A stretch of 63,957 nucleotides of DNA, filler included, from Octopus bimaculoides (lineage: Eukaryota): the NCBI RefSeq assembly GCF_001194135.2. It is 6 parts of 5 records of this genome, joined end to end, with 100 filler letters (N's around TTAATTAATTAA, not from the genome) between each part and the next. Parts side by side here need not be neighbours in the genome. Positions count along the whole stretch, not along the records: positions 19,241 to 40,093 come from NC_068986.1; positions 40,194 to 56,982 come from NC_068998.1; 4 more parts are not named here. One strand, given 5' to 3'. Both the position numbers and the translations under genes were made by a program. The notes beneath the pieces were generated by a model. That model ran no database searches. It was not told the origin of the DNA and saw only the letters and a program-made list of their open reading frames with translations. Shown here piece by piece: positions 37,882 through 51,121 of this stretch. How positions within the stretch are numbered: position 1 is the stretch's first letter; each line of letters begins with the position of its first letter.

Positions 37882-39120
37882 TCAAGCTGAGTAAAAAGTA
37901 AGCAAAATTTTGAAACAAGAAATTCACCACAATATATTTCAATAATGCAGAAGTGTTTATTCATGAAATAAGTGCTACTACAATCAACACATTTTTGACA
38001 AAGAGTTAGAAGTTTTCTTATTCCGGTAACATAAAAATCTGGACTTCTAGAGCTGATGAGCTCTTTGAACGCACTTTCAGCATCGGTTTGATTTTTTAAG
38101 TACTTCTCTCGCAGGAAACCATCAAGGTGCTTGAAAAAGTGGTAGTCGGTAGGAAAAAGGTCTGGGGAATAAGCTGGGTGGTGAAGAACTCCGTAGCTAG
38201 GTCCCCTCAACTTCTGGAGCGTCATTAATGAAACGTGTGGTCGAAGATTGTCATGAAGAATGATTGACCCTCTTCTATTGACCAGTCTGGGACGGAAGAA
38301 TAGCAGTTTTTCGTTCACATTAGCAATTTCGTGGCAATATGTTTCTGCAGTAATTGTTTTTCTGGGTTTAAGAAGTTATAGTGGATGAGTCCTGCAGTAC
38401 ACCACCTTTTTGAAGAGCTCGGGTTTAGGGAAGGTTTTCGGGGCTTTATTTTGGTCCAACCACTGCGAAGAACGATTTCCTTATTGTACAGAATCCACTT
38501 TTCATCGCAAGTTACGATACAGTCGCGAAATAGATCGGTCTGGTTACGGAGAAGAAGCGACGAGCAAATTTCATATCTGCGCATTTTCTGATTTTCATTC
38601 AAATTGTGTGGTACCCATTTATCGAACTATTTTGTTTTTCCGATCACATGCAAATAGTTGCGGGTAGTTTTCTGGCTAACTTCAAGTTCTTTTGCAGTTC
38701 TCGAGTGATTTTACGTGGATCTTTCTCACTGACGGTTTTTAATTGACCGTCATCGATGACAGATGGTCGTCCTCTACGCTCACGATCTTCAAGACTCAGG
38801 TCTCCACTGCGAAATCGTTTAAACCATTTTCGAGCTGACAACTCACTGGTCATTTCCTCGTTGATATCGCGAGGATTTTTAGCTGCTTTACGTCCTGTTT
38901 TGAAGTTGAATAGCAAAATTGCTCGAATATCGCGCTTTGACAGTTTTATTTAAGATGATTGTAACAACGGTGAAAAAAATTAATGATAATTTATTGATAT
39001 ATTTGGGCAAGTCTATATTTGTGTTATCAGACAATTTCAAAAAATGTTTTAAAAGTTCAAAACTCAGCAAAAATCCGGTACAAATTCGTCATGGTCCAAA
39101 ACGTTGCTTACTCAACCTGA
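37882..39120 (-). mobile_element. Full-length, inactive mariner (DD34D) transposon
   Basis: IVTCDEKWILY, ILHDN, HPAYSPDLFPTDYHFF with 34 residues between the second and third Asp; split over three ORFs. TIR TCAAGCTGAGTAAAAAGTAAGC at 37882, degenerate partner ending at 39120, TA on both flanks. Confidence 0.92.
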
Positions 39121-40224
39121 TATATTCCATTGAATGGTTATGTGAAATCCCTATAGAGCTAAAATATATTTTTTTAAAGAATATAGTTCTATCTATATAT
39201 TGTTTCTTACAAAGTACGATGCATGTTTAGAACTGCTCTGTTCTAAGTCATCGCCATCTTAGAATTGAACTACCTAACCGCGATTTTACTGCAATTCGCT
39301 TTTTACCACCACAGCGTTGAAATATTGTCGACACAGTGAATGACATCTAGTAGTCTGAATTTTTGGAGATGCAATGTAATTTTTATTTATTTTTGTACAA
39401 TAACCATTATTAGAAGTTTCCATTAAAAAGTAATCAGGAATTAGTAGTCTTTCAAATCGAAACAAAGAAAGCACCAATTAATACAAGCAAATTACATCGA
39501 TCACCTTTTCTCATAATTTTTCATTAATTTTATTGTCCGTTTTAATATTTTGCTTCCTATATTTTTATAGTCATCAAAATTCACATGTACTTCCTTTATT
39601 TGTACTATTTTCATCAGAAATCTAACTGCTTCCTCCTTTTTTTTTTTCAAATCAAAGGTATTCTATGATGCATTCTTAATAAGGTTTTACAATTTGAAAT
39701 TCGATTAACCTCATGTTTCTGCCTTCTATCGATATTAAAATTCATTGATCTTATTCCCTTGTAATTAATTGATTTCTACTTGATTCACCACGAAAACTAA
39801 TGATAAATTATACACATAAGCATGCCCACATACACATATATAGATATATACATAAATAAATATCTATAATATGTAAGTGGTACGCTTATGTATGTGTGTG
39901 TATATATAGATATGTGTGTGCATGTATGTATACATGTATGTATATTCAAACACACACACACATATACATACCAAATGTATAGATAGATAGATAGATATAA
40001 TATACTCATGAATGCATACATGCAGAAAAACACATATACATATATGTATACTTAAAAATATATATATATGCATGTATATATTTATATATATATNNNNNNN
40101 NNNNNNNNNNNNNNNNNNNNNNNNNNNNNNNNNNNNNTTAATTAATTAANNNNNNNNNNNNNNNNNNNNNNNNNNNNNNNNNNNNNNNNNNNNAGCTGCG
40201 GCCATGCTGATGCACCACCGTGTT

Positions 40225-40580
40225 GCTACACTGTTATTACAGGGAGCCTCTTACAATATGTGGCACTTGGTGAAGAATGGAGTTTGATTTAGCAACCCTC
40301 ATTTGCACCTCTTGCCGCGAGGTAGGTTCATCTGGGACTCTCGATAGGAAGAGGTCCAGCTTTGATTTAAAAACTCCTACATCTACTTTGTGCAGATTCC
40401 TCAGGCTCTTTGGGAGAATATTAAAAAGCTGTGGGCCCCTGAATCCCAAGCTGTTGCAGTAACTGGTCCTGAAGCGCGATGGCATTGCTGGGATCTTTGG
40501 CACTATGCAGTGTCGTCCCGTTCTGGCATTGGTGTAGCTTTCAATGCCAAAATTTGGCACAATTCCTTCCAGAAATTAAT
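40225..40580 (-). mobile_element. 5'-truncated CR1-group LINE 3' end
   Basis: Open frame RTGRHCIVP...NSLGFRGPQLFNILPKSLRN...FKSKLDLFLSRVPDEP...SNSIL. Confidence 0.85.
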
Positions 40581-41565
40581 TTACGAAGGTGTCATTAATT
40601 CTATTATTATCCAATGTAATTATTTTAAGAATGATAATAATAAAATCCCTCGGCTATATATATATATATATGTGTGTGTGTGTATATATATATATCAGAT
40701 TATAAAACTGCCATGATTCAAAAAGAAATATAGAAGTAGTTTATTTAATTATATTTGTAGATTACAGTAATAATTATTACTCATCTTCAATTCGTTAGAA
40801 ACAGTAAACTATTCATTTTTCCCTGCGTTTTTAACTTTATCGATTCCTAGTTACATCAATAAATATTATAATTAAATTTCAACTTTCCCATGTGGATGGG
40901 GTATTATGCCTATATAAGAAGCCACCAAAATTAGGGAATAATTTCTGCCTATGATAAAAACATGACTACTACAACTCGTTTGTCTCAAATTTTTTTCACG
41001 TCTTTTATACAAGAAACCAACACTATTTTACATTTTCACAGTAGTTAATACTTCTCATACCAGGCTACTTATCCTCAACTAATATCTTTTTTTTTTTTTT
41101 GTAGTGCACCTTAGCTCTGTATACAACAATATTATAATTTTAAACTCTCCTATTACCATTAACAGCAATATAAACAAACAAGCAATCAAACAGCATCAAC
41201 AACACATAGTACCACCACTACTACTAACAAACACAGTACCACACTACCACCACCACCTCTAGGAAATCACAATCGTATTCATCGTTTTTATTCATGTTAA
41301 GTTTCAAGGTTCTTGCTTACTCCAAGAAAGTAAATAGTTCAGGCTGGTAGCCATGTATGGGGTCACGGTTACAACTAGCATCACCTTCACATCCTGTTTG
41401 CTATTCTCAACGTTTGACATCTGATATTATAATCTTAATTACATACATACTATCTCATTCGCTTACTTTCTTCATCTTCATTTCTGTTATTCTCCTTTTG
41501 CATCTATTTCTTGCTTTCTCTTCCACTTCTTAATTTTTCTTAATTGATCTTTTTTTTCCTTTCCT

Positions 41566-41631
<66 letters not shown>

Positions 41632-42259
41632 NNNNNNNNNNNNNNNNNNNNNNNNNNNNNNNNNNNNNNNNNNNNNNNNNNNNNNNNNNNNNNNNNNNNN
41701 NNNNNNNNNNNNNNNNNNNNNNNNNNNNNNNNNNNNNNNNNNNNNNNNNNNNNNNNNNNNNNNNNNNNNNNNNNNNNNNNNNNNNNNNNNNNNNNNNNNN
41801 NNNNNNNNNNNNNNNNNNNNNNNNNNNNNNNNNNNNNNNNNNNNNNNNNNNNNNNNNNNNNNNNNNNNNNNNNNNNNNNNNNNNNNNNNNNNNNNNNNNN
41901 NNNNNNNNNNNNNNNNNNTCTATCTATCTTTCTCTTTCCTTTTAACTATGTACTATCGCACCGTGGAAGGTGTTTACAAGCCATTTAAAAATACACAAAA
42001 ACCGTTTGATTCGCTTCAAGCACGGAATTTTGTCATTGACCAGGTCGCGGTTTCAAAGCGACGAAAATATTTTGACAAATTAAATTTGAATTTACACCTT
42101 CCACGTTGCATTTGATTTTGTTTCAGCACACAATCTCAGATCAGGTCATCTGCTATGCAAGTACATCTCCGTAATATTTTCTATCGTATTGCCTTAAATT
42201 ACCTATTGAAGAGGATACTAATTAGCTGAGATACCGTAAATAATTAAATGCCATATACA

Positions 42260-42410
42260 TAGCTGCAGACATGGCTGTGTGGTTAAGAAGCTCGCTTTGC
42301 AACTGCGCAGTACCTTGAGCAAATGCCTTCTACTATAGCTCTGGACAGACCAATGCCATATGAGAGGATTTGGTAGACGGAATCTGTGTGGGTGGAAGCC
42401 CGTCGTATAC
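42260..42410 (+). mobile_element. SINE family B, deleted 5' part
   Basis: GGCTGTGTGGTTAAGAAGC...GGATTTGGTAGACGGAA. Confidence 0.8.
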
Positions 42411-42651
42411 ATACATACATACATACATACATACATACATACATACATACGTTAGAGTCCGGCTCTTTCTCTATGGACAAGAAATACAGAAATGAAACTG
42501 ATTGATAACATACATACATACATACATACAAGATAAATGACAAAATGCATTGTGAATAAACAACGACAGATAAAAAAACGTATACGTATACTGAGGAAAC
42601 AACCGGACGGGAAACAGATACAGAGGGTCCCAAATATTTCTTCAGTATATA

Positions 42652-43028
42652 GGCGCGGGAGTGGCTGTGTGGTAAGTAGCCTGCTTACCAACCACATAGT
42701 TCTGGGTTCAGTCCCACTGCGTGGCGCCTTGGGCAAGTGTCTTCTGCTATAGCCTCGGGCCGACCAAAGCCTTATGAGTGGATTTGGTAGACGGAAACTG
42801 AAAGAAGCTTGTCGTATATATGTATATATATGTATGTGTGTGTATATATGTTTGTGTGTCTGTGTTTGTCCCCCCAACATCGCTTGACAACCGATGCTGG
42901 TGTGTTTACATCCCCGTAACTTAGCGTTTCGGCAAAAGAGACCGATAGAATAAGTACTAGGCTTCCAAAGAATAAGTCTTGGGGTCCATTTGCTCGACTA
43001 AAGGCGGTGCTCCAGCATGGCCGCAGTC
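42652..43028 (+). mobile_element. SINE family B, near full length
   Basis: Head GGCGCGGGAGTGGCTGTGTGGTAAG...GGGTTCAGTCCC, central microsatellite, tail GGCGGTGCTCCAGCATGGCCGCAGTC. Confidence 0.9.
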
Positions 43029-43844
43029 NNNNNNNNNNNNNNNNNNNNNNNNNNNNNNNNNNNNNNNNNNNNNNNNNNNNNNNNNNNNNNNNNNNNNNNN
43101 NNNNNNNNNNNNNNNNNNNNNNNNNNNNNNNNNNNNNNNNNNNNNNNNNNNNNNNNNNNNNNNNNNNNNNNNNNNNNNNNNNNNNNNNNNNNNNNNNNNN
43201 NNNNNNNNNNNNNNNNNNNNNNNNNNNNNNNNNNNNNNNNNNNNNNNNNNNNNNNNNNNNNNNNNNNNNNNNNNNNNNNNNNNNNNNNNNNNNNNNNNNN
43301 NNNNNNNNNNNNNNNNNNNNNNNNNNNNNNNNNNNNNNNNNNNNNNNNNNNNNNNNNNNNNNNNNNNNNNNNNNNNNNNNNNNNNNNNNNNNNNNNNNNN
43401 NNNNNNNNNNNNNNNNNNNNNNNNNNNNNNNNNNNNNNNNNNNNNNNNNNNNNNNNNNNNNNNNNNNNNNNNNNNNNNNNNNNNNNNNNNNNNNNNNNNN
43501 ATATATCTGTAATATAATATGTGAAAATTTGGTTCTAGGTAAACAAGAATAATTGGTATTGTGTGAATGAGGTACCCACATTTACAAATATATGAACACT
43601 CATAGGTACATAAAACACATAAAAACACGTATGAAAAAATTTACTTACATACATACACTTATGCTCATACACATACATAAGAAAGAAAGAAAGAAAGAAA
43701 GAAAGAGAAAAGAAACAAACAAACAAACAAACAAACAAACAAGGAAAGAAATAAAAATACCACCTTAGGCTACTTAAGCCGAGGATTACCAATATTGTTG
43801 TTGTTTATTTACAATGCATATTTTCCTTTATTGTATATATATAT

Positions 43845-43992
43845 GTATTCTTTTATTCTTTTACTTGTTTCAGTCATTTAACTGCGGCCATGCTGGAGCA
43901 CTGCCTTTAGTCGAGCAAATCGACCCCAGGACTTATTCTTTGTAAGCCTAGTACTTATCCTATCGTTCTCTTTTGCCGAACCGCTAAGTTAC
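43845..43992 (-). mobile_element. SINE family B 3' part
   Basis: CTGCGGCCATGCTGGAGCAC...CGACCCCAGGACTTATTCTTTG. Confidence 0.85.
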
Positions 43993-44099
43993 TTATTGAT
44001 ATACAACTTAACATTAGGAGAACAAGAAAAAATAACTTTTATTGTGTGCTTGCTAAAGATTTAATTGTGGCTATGGATTCCAGGGAAGTGGATATCTAT

Positions 44100-44460
44100 T
44101 AAGTGCAAGAACCTTCTACCTACATTTGTCCAACATTAAGGGAAAAAGGGGTAGGGGTTTATGAAGCATAGGTTTCATCAAACTACGACAATGGTCATAC
44201 AAATACCAAACGTTATATCGGAGCCGTGGGAGGAAAATTTAAATCTAGATATAACAACCCTCTTTCAGATTTTAGGTACCGTTATAAGGGGAATTCAACA
44301 ACACTTTCGGCTTTAATCTGAAAGCTTAAAGACGAAGCTTAAAGACGAAGGGACCAATTTCAATATCAAATGAAGAATCCTCTCTAAATCCAGACCTTAT
44401 ATTAACAGGTCTAGAAAATGTTCAGTGTGTTCACTTGAAAAACTGTATCGATTAAAACAC
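44100..44460 (+). mobile_element. PLE GIY-YIG endonuclease relic
   Basis: VYEA...KRYIGAVGGKFKSRYNN...STTLSALI*KLKD...SRPYINRSRKCSVCSLEK. Confidence 0.8.
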
Positions 44461-44480
44461 TTGAGAACCTCGTATATCAA

Positions 44481-44533
<53 letters not shown>

Positions 44534-44942
44534 ATATACAGATGGATATTCATAACTAGAAAAAGAGACAAAGAGAGAATAGATTAAAGAGAAGGAAATA
44601 TAAATTTAAAGTTTTATAGAAATACATATATCAAGATTGTTTGGATATGTGGTTATGTATTTAATTGCTGGAACCAGTTAACGCCTTAAATTCACAACTC
44701 ATGTTTGTTTTATATTGGGGGTAATAGATTAAAATAGATGATGAAATAATAAATTATATAATTTTAAAAGTATATAATCTGTAAGGTGAAATTTGGTTCT
44801 AGGTAAGTAAAAATAATTGGTATTGTGTGAATGACGTACCCACATTTACAAATATATGAACACCCATAGGTACAGAAAACACACAAAAAAACACGCATGT
44901 AAATATACTTACATACATGCACTTATGCTTATACACATACAT

Positions 44943-44998
<56 letters not shown>

Positions 44999-45084
44999 AC
45001 GAAAGAAAAAAGAAAGAAACAAACAAAGAAAGAAAGAAATAAAGATACCACCTGAAGCTATCTAAGCCGAGGATTACCAATATT

Positions 45085-45400
45085 ACTATATTTTGAATCA
45101 GTACCCAATAGAAATGATCCAACCAACAGTTTAATATCAAACGCGGTATACCAGATGACATGCTCCTGTAGAGCGACATACATAGGATCAACTAAGAGAC
45201 ACCATCACCATAGCGTGAAGGAGCATTTCCACAAGGCTACTCCACTCAGCAATATATTGCAACATCGCCAACACTGTAAAGGGGACTTTTCCACCCCGAT
45301 ACCAGTGAGGGGAGCGGGTGGATGCTGTAAAACCTCAGGATTACAAAGGCTCCTTTCATTAGGCGAAAAACACCAAGTCTGAACCACTGTAGTGAGCTAG
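45085..45400 (+). mobile_element. PLE GIY-YIG endonuclease relic, different subfamily
   Basis: SNAVYQMTCSCRATYIGSTKRH...SVKEH. Confidence 0.8.
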
Positions 45401-46222
45401 ATGCATGATAACAGAATTAATAATCGGCATTAAACCAACATTAAGAGAATTAAGGAAGTCTGATGAAGAATCTGAAATTGAGGAAATTAAGGAAGTCTGA
45501 TGGAGAATCTAACTGGAAAGCGCTCACAGCGGAATAAACCATAACACACAGCAACAAGGCTCGCTCTAGATAACATGTCATATGTAGGGTAATCTATCTA
45601 TCTATCTATCTNNNNNNNNNNNNNNNNNNNNNNNNNNNNNNNNNNNNNNNNNNNNNNNNNNNNNNNNNNNNNNNNNNNNNNNNNNNNNNNNNNNNNNNNN
45701 NNNNNNNNNNNTATCTATCCAATATACTGCCGGAAGAATACCCAATTATTATTACACTAGTCAAAACTTTGTACACATGAGCCAAGAAGGGGACAGCCTT
45801 CGCGTGGTGGCTCTTATAGAAATAGTTGCCAAATTGCCTTCAACCACAACTGTAACGCCTTGTAATCCGACAATATTCTATAAATATGTTCAGGTTCCAT
45901 ACCTCCTGAAAAAATGATCAAGACTGCAATGACCGTATGATCAGTCTGCTTAATCAACCATATAAAAAATAAAAATATTGGGATGACCACAGATGGAATC
46001 TGGGGATAGACAACAACATCAGTAGAAACAGAAGTTTAAGTAAAGAAACGACCACCATCGTCGCCACCGCAACAGCAACATCTACAAAGTAAACTGATTT
46101 ACAATCAGAATGCTGGGAAATAAATATTTTTATTGCAAACGAGAAACTGTATGCATGCGCCGGCGGGCGTGTTTGTGTGTATATGTGTGTGTACGTGAGT
46201 GTGTGTACTTGTATACATGGAT

Positions 46223-46253
<31 letters not shown>

Positions 46254-46879
46254 AACTACACTCATTAAAAACGAATTTTAAGGCATTCTTACGTATACAC
46301 ACAAATCTTTATATGGATATATTCTACCTTTACGGCTTATTTCTTTCATATAGACTTTTGTTATCACTGTAATTTACAAGAGAGCACACGCGCGCACGCA
46401 CACTTTTCGAATCTTTGTTTCTGTTCCATTTTATTCGCATAAAATATTATTGAATTATCTCTAATAGTTCATTTTGGATTAAGATTTTTTTATTTTTAAA
46501 AAAGGTTTGTATTTAGAAGGAATATATACTGGTACAGTAGACATGAAACAGTTATCTGCATATTTCCTTATTGAATTCCTTCGAAATATTTTCTGTTATA
46601 CATCGCACCCACTTAAGCAATATAGAGGCTTAACGAGCCCCATTGTGATAGAATTTCACATCCATGCAAATGCGTCCACACAAACCTTGGCAAGCCACTG
46701 TACAATTTAAAACCTATCCACTGATGAGATCTACAACAACATTCGAAACAAAGTATTATTTCCCGCTTTTTTCGTAATATATCCGTTTTGAATCATGTAT
46801 TCAAAATTACTCGTTTCCGTTCCCTTACATTGATTAACAAAGACGTTGCTATATCTCTCATTATTTCTATAGACATAGG

Positions 46880-47075
46880 CGGCGATCTGACACACCGGAC
46901 AAAATACTTAGCGATATTCCGTCCATCTTTGTGTTCTGAGTTCAAATTCCGCAGAGGCCGACTTTGGCCTTTCATCATTTCAGGGTCGATAAAATAAGTA
47001 CCAGTGGAACACTAGGGATCATGTAATCGAATACCCCACTCTCGAAATTGCTGGCCGTATGTCAAAATTTGCAAC
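46880..47075 (+). mobile_element. SINE family A
   Basis: GGCGGCGATCTGACAC...GAGTTCAAATTCCGCAGAGGCCGAC. Confidence 0.85.
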
Positions 47076-47084
47076 CAGTATCTT

Positions 47085-47300
47085 TTATCTTTTACTTGTT
47101 TCAGTCATTAGACTGTGGCCATGATGGGGTACCTCCTTCAAGGAATTTTTAGTCGAATGATTCGACCCCAAAACTTAATCTTAAGCCTGGTACTTATTCT
47201 ATGGGCGTCTTTTGCCAAAGCGTTAAGTTATGGGGACTTAAGCAGTTGTCAAGTGATGGGAGGACAGACAAACAAACACAGACACACACATATATGATAT
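47085..47300 (-). mobile_element. SINE family B 3' part
   Basis: TCTTTTACTTGTTTCAGTCATTAGACTGTGGCCATG. Confidence 0.8.
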
Positions 47301-47717
47301 ATAATATATATATGTACACACACACACACATACACACATATATATATATATATAAATTCAGAAGAGTGGTACAACAAGGCACCAATATTTATTTTGCTGA
47401 AAATTAATACATTTGTATTGAAATATTTTTCACACACACACACACACACGTATGTATGTATGTATGTATGTATGTATGTATGTATGTATGTATGTATGTA
47501 TGTGTATATATATATACATATATATATATNNNNNNNNNNNNNNNNNNNNNNNNNNNNNNNNNNNNNNNNNNNNNNNNNNNNNNNNNNNNNNNNNNNNNNN
47601 NNNNNNNNNNNNNNNNNNNNNNNNNNNNNNNNNNNNNNNNNNNNNNNNNNNNNNNNNNNNNNNNNNNNNNNNNNNNNNNNCGAAAAAGAATGCTATGAAA
47701 ATGACAGTTAAAACAAA

Positions 47718-49244
47718 GGGAAATTACTGTGGTTATTAACCGTTATTAACACAGAAGAGCTATTAGGATGACCGCTAAGTAAGGGAAGGGAGTAAAGATA
47801 AGGGAATAAAAATGTTCATAGTAGTCGCGTAAGCGCGCATGTCCATACATAAACAGTGTCCTTAGTGGATACAGAGTCCACGGTGGCTTCATAAATGATG
47901 GTCTCGAACATGCAAGCTCCATTTATCGGGCACAGATTTTTACCCCCGCATGAACAGCTGGTTTGATTTTGTGGTTTTTGTGTGTTGTGTGCAATTATAT
48001 TTTAAAAATTAGTAGTTCAGCTGAAACTGATTTTTAAGTTATGTCTATTCAAGAGCATTCTGTAACTATGGTTGACTGAAGAATGTCAATCTATCAGTGC
48101 TAAGAAATATTAAATATTTTCAGCTGAAATACTAATTTTAAAAATATAATCGCGCACAACACACAAAAACCACAAAATGAGACCAGCTGTTCATGCAGGG
48201 ATAAAAATTTGTGCCCGCTAAATGGAGCTTGCACGTCCGAGACCATCATTTATGAAGCCACCGTGGACTCTATATCCACTAAGGACACTGTTTCGACGAA
48301 GTAATACGTGGACCTTACAGAGGGGAATTTCAAGGCCAGGTTCAATAAACACACCTTGAGCTTCAGGCACTGGGATAAAGGGAAAATGACCAAATTAACC
48401 AGTCACGTATGGTCCTTAAAAGATAAAGGTGTCAGTTACAACATCCATTGGAAGACCTTAGCCAAGTGTAAGCCTTACATCAACGGCAGTGAAAAGTGCG
48501 GTCTTTGTGATATGGAAAGATGGCTCATCTGGAAAAGCAGCTTAGACCCTGCCACATGTCTAAATTCAAGAACTGAACTTTTCAGATAGTGTCCACATGT
48601 GGCTAAGATAAGATTACAGATAAGACTTGCTTTCTATATTGTGTCCACATACAAGCTTTTTCTCTCAATACTTTTTACTTATATTTCTTATATATTTTTT
48701 TTTTTTTACATATTTATAGATATTGGTTTATAGTTTTATTGCTCATATTTTTTTTACACAATTTTTTCTGTATTCTACCTTCCACCCCGCATTTTTCCTG
48801 TGCGTATATAATGTGTGTGCGCGCGTGCATGCGAGTATGTGCGTATATAAACGTGTTTTACTCTTATTGCTTATTTTTTACACTTTTTTACACATTTTTC
48901 TGTATTTTGCCTTTAGCCCTGTCTTTTCTTGTGCATGTGCGTATATAGCCGTGTGTATGAATCTGAACGTGTGCGAGCGTGTATGCGGGTATGTATATAC
49001 TTTTTGGCGAATGTGTGGGTGAGCATGTCTATGTTTCAAGTGAGGGTGAATGAGTATATACATATAGGTGCATGTACGTGCGTGTGCGGACGCACATGTG
49101 TATGTATGGACATGCGCGCTTACGCGATTACTATGAACATTTTTATTCCCTTACCTTTACTCCCTTACCTTTACTCCCTTCCCTTACTTAGCGGTCATTC
49201 TAATAGCTCTTTTGTCTTAAAGGTCAATCACACAGTAATTTCCC
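47718..49244 (+). mobile_element. PLE 3' end (GIY-YIG plus 3' UTR, 48118-49244) with an upstream inverted, deleted copy (47718-48026)
   Basis: CSCRDKNLCPLNGAC...IIYEATV...YVDLTEGNFKARFNKH...KCGLCDMERWLI; left arm is the reverse complement of 48118-48293 fused to 49101-49244. Confidence 0.88.
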
Positions 49245-49756
49245 CACTCGAAGAACATTCACGCTTTAGGCAAAAGATTTTAAAATATCAAAGCCAGTTC
49301 AGAGCACTCTCTAAGCACTAGTAGATGCATTTCAAGATTCTTTTGCAGCATCAAAAACCAAGCGGGGCAACGGAAGTATCTGCTTCATTATAAGAGACCA
49401 GTAAATACCACTTACATAATGCGCGCTTCGACCATCAGTCCGGAACAAAATATATGAATGGTGCGTGAAGAAGGTTGTAAAATAGACAAACATTAGGGGA
49501 TGTTCCGAACTGATTTTGGCATCTTTAAACTTTTTGCTTAAAGTAGAGATTTTTGGCACAGCAGACAGCAGTGAAATTGTCTTTTTACAAATCAAAATAT
49601 ATCCCAAACGTATTTTAATAGATAAAAAGTTTATAACCAAACTGGCCACCCACTTCCTAAAACGTAACATACCTTCGACTTTAGCAAACAGGCATATGAA
49701 GGTGCCGGTAAGGTCGGTGTGCACTGCCTGTACACTCCTCGCTGAAACATGTATAT

Positions 49757-49798
<42 letters not shown>

Positions 49799-50942
49799 AC
49801 ATTTATGTACGTGTGTACGTGTGTGCGCCTTTGTATGTGTGTGTGTCTCTCTCTCTTTCCCTTTCTTTCTCTATACATACATACCCACACATACACACAC
49901 ACACACATATTATTAAAAGTGAAGTTCAATCTTGTTTGCTTGCTTACAACGTTACACAGCCAAACTGGCGCATAATGGGAAAATACTTTGAAAGTAGAGA
50001 GCCCCTGAATTGTGAATACGAACGGAATTACACAAGTTTCGCGTAAATCGGACCAGTTATTGAGATATTCTGGGGTTTGGGGTATAAATATCCAAAACGG
50101 TGCATAATGAAGAAAATACTCCGAAAATAACTTCACCCTGAAAGGGAAGAAACTCTAACCTTTCCATTAGACACATTATGAGAGGCAAAATATTTAAAGT
50201 GAAAATGACTTTAAAAATACGGTAAATATTTCGTAAAAGATCCGTTCGTAACCATGATGTGACAATTTTTTTCAAAAGGCTTCTTTCCAGTGCATTCAAC
50301 GTATTTTACCTCCAAAGATTTAGCTACTATTTCTAGCACACGCTGCAACTACGTAACAGTTATTTCCGATAAAGGACCCGAAATACCTGTTACGTGGTAG
50401 CAAGGCGTGCAAGAAATAGCAGTCAAATNNNNNNNNNNNNNNNNNNNNNNNNNNNNNNNNNNNNNNNNNNNNNNNNNNNNNNNNNNNNNNNNNNNNNNNN
50501 NNNNNNNNNNNNNNNNNNNNNNNNNNNNNNNNNNNNNNNNNNNNNNNNNNNNNNNNNNNNNNNNNNNNNNNNNNNNNNNNNNNNNNNNNNNNNNNNNNNN
50601 NNNNNNNNNNNNNNNNNNNNNNNNNNNNNNNNNNNNNNNNNNNNNNNNNNNNNNNNNNNNNNNNNNNNNNNNNNNNNNNNNNNNNNNNNNNNNNNNNNNN
50701 NNNNNNNNNNNNNNNNNNNNNNNNNNNNNNNNNNNNNNNNNNNNNNNNNNNNNNNNNNNNNNNNNNNNNNNNNNNNNNNNNNNNNNNNNNNNNNNNNNNN
50801 NNNNNNNNNNNNNNNNNNNNNNNNNNNNNNNNNNNNNNNNNNNNNNNNNNNNNNNNNNNNNNNNNNNNNNNNNNNNNNNNNNNNNNNNNNNNNNNNNNNN
50901 NNNNNNNNNNNNNNNNNNNNNNNNNNNNNNNNNNNNNNNNTA

Positions 50943-50978
<36 letters not shown>

Positions 50979-51121
50979 TGTATGTATGTATGTATGTAGA
51001 TATACGTATGTGTGTATATATTATACATACATACACACGCACATATGTGTAAACACATACATATACTCTACATAAATATATGAACAGTTAATACATATAC
51101 ACATCTATCTCTGTCTCTATA

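Larger units (their letters stand above)
43520..45085 (+). repeat. Two ~280-bp direct repeats (43520-43797 and 44790-45085)
   Basis: Both carry TTTGGTTCTAGGTAA...GTACCCACATTTACAAATATATGAACAC...(GAAA)n...AAGCCGAGGATTACCAATATT. Confidence 0.9.
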
